Shown piece by piece: positions 17,131-24,709 of a DNA stretch of 24,709 nt. The stretch comes from Gemmatimonadota bacterium (GTDB lineage: Bacteria > Gemmatimonadota > Gemmatimonadetes > Palauibacterales > KS3-K002), in the NCBI GenBank assembly GCA_039586795.1, contig JBDHJS010000049.1:1-24709 (forward strand), written 5' to 3'. The notes beneath the pieces are model-generated. The model had not been told where the DNA came from. It did no database searches and worked only from the letters and a program-made list of their open reading frames with translations. Every line of letters begins with the position of its first letter. Within the stretch, counting starts at the first letter, position 1. A program made the position numbers and the translations under genes.

Positions 17131-17303
17131 GCTTCTGCCTTTTCAGTGGGTCGGGCCGCGCTATGTGCTGATTATAACAAAGCCATTGGATAATTGGCCG
17201 GGGAATACTAAGATGTCCGCTCATCCATCGCCACGCCGAGCCGGGAGCGGCCCGTCACCGGGAGACGGGCGCTCAGGCCTGCCCGGACAGAAAGGGTCGA
17301 ACC
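17131..17303. promoter_or_regulatory. Divergent promoter region (efflux operon / AI-2E operon) with a GC-rich leader hairpin
   Basis: AT-rich core 17160-17215. Hairpin GAGC-G-GCCCGTC-accggga-GACGGGC-GCTC at 17245-17274. Confidence 0.5.
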
Positions 17304-18410
17304 GTGAATGTCACCACACAATCTCCAGAAGATGTGCGGCACATGAGACGCGCCGTGGATACGGCGATGAATCTCGGGGTTATTGCCATATTGGTCGTTG
17401 CGGCGTTCCTAATTGTGATGCCCTTCATCATGGTGATCCTGTGGGGCGTCATCATCGCCGTCGCCGTATTTCCGGCCTATGAGTATCTCGTTGCCAAACT
17501 GGGCGGACGCCGCAAACTGACGTCGACCCTGCTCGCGATCCTCGCGCTGGCGGCGCTGCTGATCCCGTCGGCGAACTTCTTCGGCGGAGCCTTCGACGGT
17601 GTGAAGAGCGTCGCGACGAGGCTTCACGAGGGCACGCTGGTCGTTCCACCGCCTCCAGAGAGCGTGGGCGAGTGGCCGCTGGTCGGCGACGATATTGCGA
17701 GCATCTGGAGTCAGGCGTCAGCCAACCTGGAGGCCACACTCGAGCGCTACGAGCCTCAGGTCAGGGCGTTCGCGGCTTGGATGCTTTCGGCGGCCGGCGG
17801 GCTGGCGTTGGGCGTGCTGCAGTTCGTCATCTCGATCATCATCGCGGCGGTCTTCCTGGCCACGGCGGCCAGTGGCAAAGACGCCGCGGTGCGTGTAGCC
17901 ACACGCTTCATAGGTGATAGGGGTGTTGCGCTCACGACGCTGATCGAGAAGACGATGCGCAGCGTGGCAATCGGCGTCATTGGCATCGCGATCATCCAGG
18001 CGCTGCTCGGGGGAGTCGGAATGGCGTTGGCCGGCGTACCGGCGGCGGCGCTCTGGACCCTGTTGATCCTGATTCTCGCTGTGCTTCAGCTACCGCCGCT
18101 ATTGATAATGGGGCCAGCCGCCATCTACGTGTTCGCCAACGCCAGCATAGTAACCGCGGTGATCTTCCTGGTGTGGGCGATCATCGTGAGCTTCAGCGAC
18201 GCTTTCCTGAAGCCGCTGTTGCTGGGGCGCGGCGTCGACGTTCCCATGCTGGTCGTACTGCTGGGTGCGATCGGCGGGGTGATGTTGCTGGGCATCATCG
18301 GGCTGTTTGTGGGCGCCGTCATCCTGGCTGTCGTCTATCAACTGTCCGTCCGCTGGCTGGAAGACGTTCCCGCGAGCGGCGAACCCGCGAGCGCAGCTGA
18401 AGGGGCATGA
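17304..18410 (+). CDS. AI-2E family (UPF0118) transporter
   Basis: PFIMVILWGVIIAVAVFP, VPPPP..WPLVG, DAFLKPLLLGRGVDVPMLVVLLGAIGG..GIIGLFVGAVILA. Confidence 0.9.
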   Translation: MNVTTQSPEDVRHMRRAVDTAMNLGVIAILVVAAFLIVMPFIMVILWGVIIAVAVFPAYEYLVAKLGGRRKLTSTLLAILALAALLIPSANFFGGAFDGVKSVATRLHEGTLVVPPPPESVGEWPLVGDDIASIWSQASANLEATLERYEPQVRAFAAWMLSAAGGLALGVLQFVISIIIAAVFLATAASGKDAAVRVATRFIGDRGVALTTLIEKTMRSVAIGVIGIAIIQALLGGVGMALAGVPAAALWTLLILILAVLQLPPLLIMGPAAIYVFANASIVTAVIFLVWAIIVSFSDAFLKPLLLGRGVDVPMLVVLLGAIGGVMLLGIIGLFVGAVILAVVYQLSVRWLEDVPASGEPASAAEGA

Positions 18411-18427
18411 ACGGAGAGGGGCGATCG

Positions 18428-19753
18428 ATGAAACGAGCGAGCGTCATATCCGGGCTCCTTTTACTCGCCGCGAGCCCGGCCGCGGCGCAGGATGCACACT
18501 ACTGGACGCAGCAGTACGGCCCACGATCGTCGCTGCTCGGCGGGGCGGTGATCGGCAGCGTCAACGACATCAGCGGTACCTACTACAACCCGGGCGCTCT
18601 GGGTCTGGCCGATGACCTCGCCTTCGCGGTGAGCACCAACGTGTTCGAATATTCGGTCATCGCGCTTGAGGATGGCGGCGGCCAGGGTGTCGACCTTGGG
18701 ACGGCACGCTCGGGCATTCGGCCGTCGCTGATCGCAGGGACGATCAAGCGTGGCCTGTTCGGGAGCGGGGTGCTCGCCTATTCGGCGATTACCCGCACGC
18801 GGGGCGAGCAGGATCTTCAGGGGCTGATCGTACTGTCCGGTGCCGACATACCGCCGGATGTCGATCTTGATGAGTTTGCCGGGCTGGTGCGGTTCGAGGG
18901 TAGGTTCAACGAAAGTTGGGTGGGTCTCACCTACTCCCACGCGCTGGGCGATCACTTCGGCCTTGGAGCTACTTGGTACGGGGCACTGCGAAGCCAGAGG
19001 CGACGAGCCGAGTCGCTTTCGCAGGAGGTCGGCACGGACGGATCTGGCGCTGCCAGCATTGAGGTGGGGGGCGGGAAGTACTCTACGCTTCGCACGCTCT
19101 TCAAGTTCGGGGCGTTCGCAGCGGTGGGCCCGTTCACTGGTGGCCTCACGTTGACCACGCCGAGCATCCACATCACGGGTAGCGGACAGCTAGGAACGTT
19201 CGCGTCGGACACCGCGGCGCTGGCGGTCAACGTGCAAACCGACCTGCCGGCGGAGTTCAAGTCGCCGCTCTCGGTCGGGTTCGGTTTGGGTTGGCGGTTC
19301 GGGAATACGCGCCTGCACGGCAGCGCCGAATGGTACGATGCCATCGCGCCGTACTTCGTGATGCAGGGCGAGGACTTCGTTTCACAGGAACCCGGCGAAG
19401 TGATGACGGTCGATGCCGTCCAGGCGTTAGATGAGGTCTTCAATTGGGCGGTAGGGCTCGAGCATGCGTTCTCACCAAAGGTGTCGGCCTACGCGTCCTA
19501 CTACCTGGACGCGAGCGGGCTCACGGAGATGGCGGATCTGTCCGCGATGCCCCTCGACGTCAATACCGTCACCGTCGGCACGGATTTCACGGTTAGCTCA
19601 GCTCTTCTCACCCTGGGAATAGGGTACGGCTGGGGGAGCAAGGTCGATCGAGCACTTACCGATCTGTTGAGTGAAGAGGACGAGGACTTCGAGGCGACTT
19701 TCGTCTACAGAAGCTTCCGTTTCCTCTTCGGTTTCGAGATCGGCGTGGGCTAG
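18428..19753 (+). CDS. FadL/TodX-like outer-membrane beta-barrel (copy 2)
   Basis: GGAGAGG then ATG 18428 (alternative ATG 18407 overlaps the upstream stop). Signal peptide AAA-QD, then QDAHYWTQQYGPRSSLLGGAVIGSVNDISGTYYNPGAL, paralogous to copy 1. Confidence 0.7.
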   Translation: MKRASVISGLLLLAASPAAAQDAHYWTQQYGPRSSLLGGAVIGSVNDISGTYYNPGALGLADDLAFAVSTNVFEYSVIALEDGGGQGVDLGTARSGIRPSLIAGTIKRGLFGSGVLAYSAITRTRGEQDLQGLIVLSGADIPPDVDLDEFAGLVRFEGRFNESWVGLTYSHALGDHFGLGATWYGALRSQRRRAESLSQEVGTDGSGAASIEVGGGKYSTLRTLFKFGAFAAVGPFTGGLTLTTPSIHITGSGQLGTFASDTAALAVNVQTDLPAEFKSPLSVGFGLGWRFGNTRLHGSAEWYDAIAPYFVMQGEDFVSQEPGEVMTVDAVQALDEVFNWAVGLEHAFSPKVSAYASYYLDASGLTEMADLSAMPLDVNTVTVGTDFTVSSALLTLGIGYGWGSKVDRALTDLLSEEDEDFEATFVYRSFRFLFGFEIGVG

Positions 19754-19773
19754 GGACAGAGCGAGATGGTCGC

Positions 19774-20697
19774 ATGAATCGAAGACTTCTTATTTCGTTG
19801 TTAGGACTAGCCGCGTTGGTCCTATGGTTCTTGCCCGCGGATTCGCGGCCGAGTCTGGCCTGGCAGGACGAGGGTCACGTGATGGTGAATCAAGTGGCCG
19901 CAGAACACCTGCCAGAGGAGGTGCCTGCTTTCTTCCGCGAGGCCGTAGACCGCCTGGCCTACCTGGGGCCGGAGCCGGATCGCTGGCGCCGCGAGTCCGA
20001 GTTCACGCTCAAGACATCCCAGGAGCCGGACCACTTCATCAAGCTGGAGCTGGCCGGTGACATCAGCGCGGTCCGCAGTCGCTTCGATTACGCCCGCATG
20101 CTTTACGAGCGGCGCGCCGATCCGGACGCTCGCGGCGATATTCATCCTGACAGCTTGCTGCCCGAGTACGTCGGGATGTTGCCCTACATGGCGATCGGGC
20201 TATACGAACGGCTGAAGGTCGGGTTTCGCCAATACCGCGAGCTGCAGCGAGCCGGCAGACCCACCGACCTGGTCGAGGGCAACATCATCACGTACGCCGG
20301 TTGGCTCGGCCACTACGCGGCTGACGCCGCCAACCCACACCACACTTCTTACCACTACAACGGTTGGTTGGGCTCGAACCCCGAGGGCTACGCCGGTCCT
20401 GGCGTGCACGCCCGCTTCGAAGGCGACTTCGTACGCAGCGCGGCGATCAGCCCGGGCGACTTCTCCGGCCGCGTCGGGCCGCCGGAACATCTGGAGGATC
20501 CGTTTGCGGACTTTCTGGCCTTCATCCAGGAGTCGCAGGGGATGATCGAGGAGCTTTACCGGATCGATCGGGATGGCGGTTTCGAGGGCACGGGAACCGA
20601 CCGAGGCCTGGAGTTCGCGTTGGACCGGCTGGCGGCCGGCAGCCAGATGCTGCTCGACCTCTGGTATACGGCCTGGGTGGCCACTGCCGAAGAGTAA
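19774..20697 (+). CDS. Secreted S1/P1 nuclease (zinc phospholipase C/P1 nuclease fold)
   Basis: Signal peptide ending SLA, then mature-like W-x-x-x-GH (WQDEGH). Zinc-ligand-type motifs PDRWR, HFI, GHYAADAANPHH, VHARFE. Confidence 0.8.
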   Translation: MNRRLLISLLGLAALVLWFLPADSRPSLAWQDEGHVMVNQVAAEHLPEEVPAFFREAVDRLAYLGPEPDRWRRESEFTLKTSQEPDHFIKLELAGDISAVRSRFDYARMLYERRADPDARGDIHPDSLLPEYVGMLPYMAIGLYERLKVGFRQYRELQRAGRPTDLVEGNIITYAGWLGHYAADAANPHHTSYHYNGWLGSNPEGYAGPGVHARFEGDFVRSAAISPGDFSGRVGPPEHLEDPFADFLAFIQESQGMIEELYRIDRDGGFEGTGTDRGLEFALDRLAAGSQMLLDLWYTAWVATAEE

Positions 20698-20698
20698 T

Positions 20699-20995
20699 CT
20701 CGACCCTCGACGCCCGAGTAAACTTCTCGCCGACCGACGCCCGACTCCCGACGTTCGTAGTACGGTTTTCAGGCATCTCGGCGAGCGACATCCGACTGCC
20801 GATCTTCGACGGTCGCGTTCAACGACCGACGTGCATCGGACGTCGTAAGTCGATCGCCGAATCGTCCTCGTACGTCGAGCGGCGGCTATCGGCTGTCGGC
20901 TGTCGAAATAGACCCGCCCGGCGACCGATGTACGTTGAATGTCGAAGGCCGAGCCGTCGAATGAGAATCCTGCGTCGGCCCAACGGCCGTCGATT
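20699..20995 (+). repeat. Heptamer-based intergenic repeat, copy C
   Basis: Begins just after the TAA at 20697. Core 20716-20920 aligns with copies A and D, followed by a degenerate partial second unit. Confidence 0.9.
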
Positions 20996-21077
20996 GCCCT
21001 CGCTGGCGCCGAACAGTGATTCCAACGATTATGTCGATCAACGCTATTCCTCAGAAATCCCGTGTTCGGAGGTCGAA

Positions 21078-22007
21078 ATGCGAAAAACGCTGCTGGCATT
21101 GTCTCTGCTCGCCCTAACCGTCACATATTTGCCGGCCCAGGAGCCGAGCCGGGTCCTCAACGGATTCGAATTCATCCCGTCGCGGATTGTCGCTGACCCG
21201 TTCGCCATCAGCTACTTCGCCACGAGCACAGGCGCCGGCCAGGCGTTCGACCTCAAGACGCCGTTCATCGATGTTGATGGTGATACTCTGGGCACCCTCA
21301 CCGGTGACGTCGCATTCCTGTCCCTGGGCTTCGAATATCAGCAGCGGTTCGGCCAGTGGCTCGCCCTGCGCGTGGGCTTCTCGGGCGGCGGCCGCATCGG
21401 GACGGACGAGCAGTCAATGCTGGCGCAAGGTGTGACGGGAACGTTCGCGGTGAACCTCGGAGGCACGGCACGGATCTATCAAAGCGAGAAGGTGATCATA
21501 TCCGGCGGCCTCGACTTCAGCCGATCGGATATCGTCGGTGTCGATCCTTTTGGTTTCGCGCAGAGGATCATCGATAGCGGTGGGCTGGAAGAGGACAACT
21601 CTCTGTCGACTTCCGGGAAAGCGACCTCTGGCGTCCTGAGCGCGCGGCTTGGCTGGGCGCCCGCGTCCTGGATTGGCATCACTGCTGTCCTCGACGGCGG
21701 TAGGGCCGACCTGACCGACTCGGATTCGGAGACCAGGATCGGAGGCGGCGGCACGATGGGCGTCGATCTCAAGAACCTGAACGTCATCCCGATCGGCCTT
21801 CTGCTCAGCGCCGAGTCGGATGCCTTCTCCCAAAACGGCGCCGATTTGACGAACCGGTCGACCGGCTTCGGGCTTGGCGTCTTCTGGACCGGCTGGGAGA
21901 AGTTCATCATTGGCATCGAGACGACGATGCGGGTCTTGGATCGGCGGGATGCGGACGATGACTTTGAGGCTTTCGTGGTGACGTTTAATCTCCGCTACTG
22001 GCCCTAA
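21078..22007 (+). CDS. Hypothetical outer-membrane beta-barrel protein
   Basis: GGAGG at 21068-21072 then ATG. Signal peptide MRKTLLALSLLALTVTYLPA-Q. Amphipathic beta-strands; C-terminus FNLRYWP resembles a beta-signal. Confidence 0.7.
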   Translation: MRKTLLALSLLALTVTYLPAQEPSRVLNGFEFIPSRIVADPFAISYFATSTGAGQAFDLKTPFIDVDGDTLGTLTGDVAFLSLGFEYQQRFGQWLALRVGFSGGGRIGTDEQSMLAQGVTGTFAVNLGGTARIYQSEKVIISGGLDFSRSDIVGVDPFGFAQRIIDSGGLEEDNSLSTSGKATSGVLSARLGWAPASWIGITAVLDGGRADLTDSDSETRIGGGGTMGVDLKNLNVIPIGLLLSAESDAFSQNGADLTNRSTGFGLGVFWTGWEKFIIGIETTMRVLDRRDADDDFEAFVVTFNLRYWP

Positions 22008-22010
22008 TCA

Positions 22011-22396
22011 CGTCGCTCGACGCTCGACGTCCGACGTCCGACGTCCATTGAGACAGCCGACAGCGGACAGCCGCCGCTCGACGCCCAAGTAAACTTCTCG
22101 CCGATCGACGCCCAACTCTCGATGTTCGTTGGTCGGCTATCCGCGCCTCGACGAGCGACACCCGACGGCCGACCTTCGACAGCCGCGTCCGATGACCGAC
22201 GTACATCGGGCGTCGTACGTCGATCGCCGAATTGTCCTCGTACGTCGATACGCGGCTGTCGGCTGTCCGCTGTCGAAATAGACCCGCTCAACGACCGACG
22301 TACATCGAATGTCGAACGTCGACCGCCGAACGGTAATCATGCGTCGAGCTACGATCGTCGGCCATCGGCTGTCGAAATGAACCCGCCAAAGGCGGA

Positions 22397-22398
<2 letters not shown>
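22011..22398 (+). repeat. Heptamer-based intergenic repeat, copy D (longest), with ~99-bp tandem unit and terminal hairpin
   Basis: Heptamer runs TCGACGC/TCGACGT/CCGACGT/CCGACGT (22017-22044). 20/22 inverted repeat 22052-22073 vs 22253-22274. GACCGACGTACATCG recurs at a 99-nt offset. Ends in CCGCC-AAA-GGCGG next to the glnS stop. Confidence 0.92.
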
Positions 22399-24088
<1,690 letters not shown>

Positions 24089-24090
24089 CG

Positions 24091-24705
24091 CTACTTATAC
24101 GGCGTGAATGAGTACACGATGCCGACTTTGAGTGACCCAACCATGCCGGTGGTAGAACTGTCGGGCAACTTGTCGCCGGTGTTGAACTCGATGTCGCCGA
24201 ACGGAGCGACGCCGAACGTCAACGCGCCATCGATCGCAAAGTTGGGCGACAGCGGGAACAGCACGCCGAAGATGCCGGAAAACGTCGGGCCGTTCTGCTT
24301 CGCCTCGGTGAAGTTGGAGATCTCGAGCTCCGAGATGTCGACGGTGGACCAACCGTAGCCGACGCGGATGCCGATGTAAGGCGCGGCGCCCGGCGTCGTC
24401 TTCATAAGCAGCCGCAGATCGGCGAAGACCGTCCACACGATTCGGTTGGCGCTCAGGTTCTCGACGGCGACGCTGTTGTAGCCACCACCACCGACCAGCT
24501 GCAGTCCGCTGAACGTCCAGCGGATATTCGCATCGGCGCCAAATCCGAAATTCGTGGAATTGGTCGAGTCCGCAAAGGTGACTCCGCCGGCCATCGCTCC
24601 GACGGCGAAACCGTTAGGCGCGGCAATGTGTTGGGCCGAGGCCGTATTGGTCGCCGCCGCGATGGCGGTGAGTAGCGCGGTGGTTAGCGCGAGTTTGCGT
24701 AGCAT
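24091..24705 (-). CDS. Small outer-membrane beta-barrel (OmpA/OmpW-like, about 8 strands)
   Basis: Signal peptide (ASA-Q), PYIGIRVGYG, C-terminal LKVGIVYSF. Stop lies 2 nt before the glnS start. Confidence 0.75.
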   Translation of the reverse strand: MLRKLALTTALLTAIAAATNTASAQHIAAPNGFAVGAMAGGVTFADSTNSTNFGFGADANIRWTFSGLQLVGGGGYNSVAVENLSANRIVWTVFADLRLLMKTTPGAAPYIGIRVGYGWSTVDISELEISNFTEAKQNGPTFSGIFGVLFPLSPNFAIDGALTFGVAPFGDIEFNTGDKLPDSSTTGMVGSLKVGIVYSFTPYK

Positions 24706-24709
24706 ATCC

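Noticed and set aside
17146..17162. GGTCGGGCCGC, reminiscent from memory of part of the nhaA-I (Li+) riboswitch motif
   Set aside because: Only a short match, abutting the HlyD start on the other strand. The remainder of the motif is not evident and would need an Infernal search.
20364..21077. N-terminal 238-aa extension of the 547-aa ORF
   Set aside because: It overlaps the nuclease gene and runs through repeat C as Arg-rich low-quality sequence. An SD and signal peptide mark ATG 21078 as the real start.

Overview
GC-rich bacterial chromosomal window from a diderm, possibly Gemmatimonadota-like (inference from gene content only). It is dominated by envelope and transport genes. On the + strand: a 5'-truncated putative Na+/H+ antiporter, an orphan ZnuA-like lipoprotein, two paralogous FadL-like barrels, a secreted protein with a NPP1/Vps62-like motif and C-terminal barrel, a vapBC toxin-antitoxin pair, an amidohydrolase/SYLF/OprB/DcaP/CPA1 run, an AI-2E transporter, an S1/P1 nuclease and another barrel. 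On the - strand: a HlyD/DUF2955/OMF efflux operon, glnS and a small OMP. The most unusual signal is non-coding. Four related intergenic elements (about 130-390 bp) are built from 7-nt units (YCGACRB and its reverse complement), with conserved non-heptamer linkers, nested inverted repeats and a ~99-bp higher-order unit. All four lie just downstream of + strand stop codons, and one helps bracket the vapBC module in inverted orientation. No rRNA, tRNA, CRISPR array, transposase or integrase was recognised. Family assignments come from motif recognition by eye, not from database searches.
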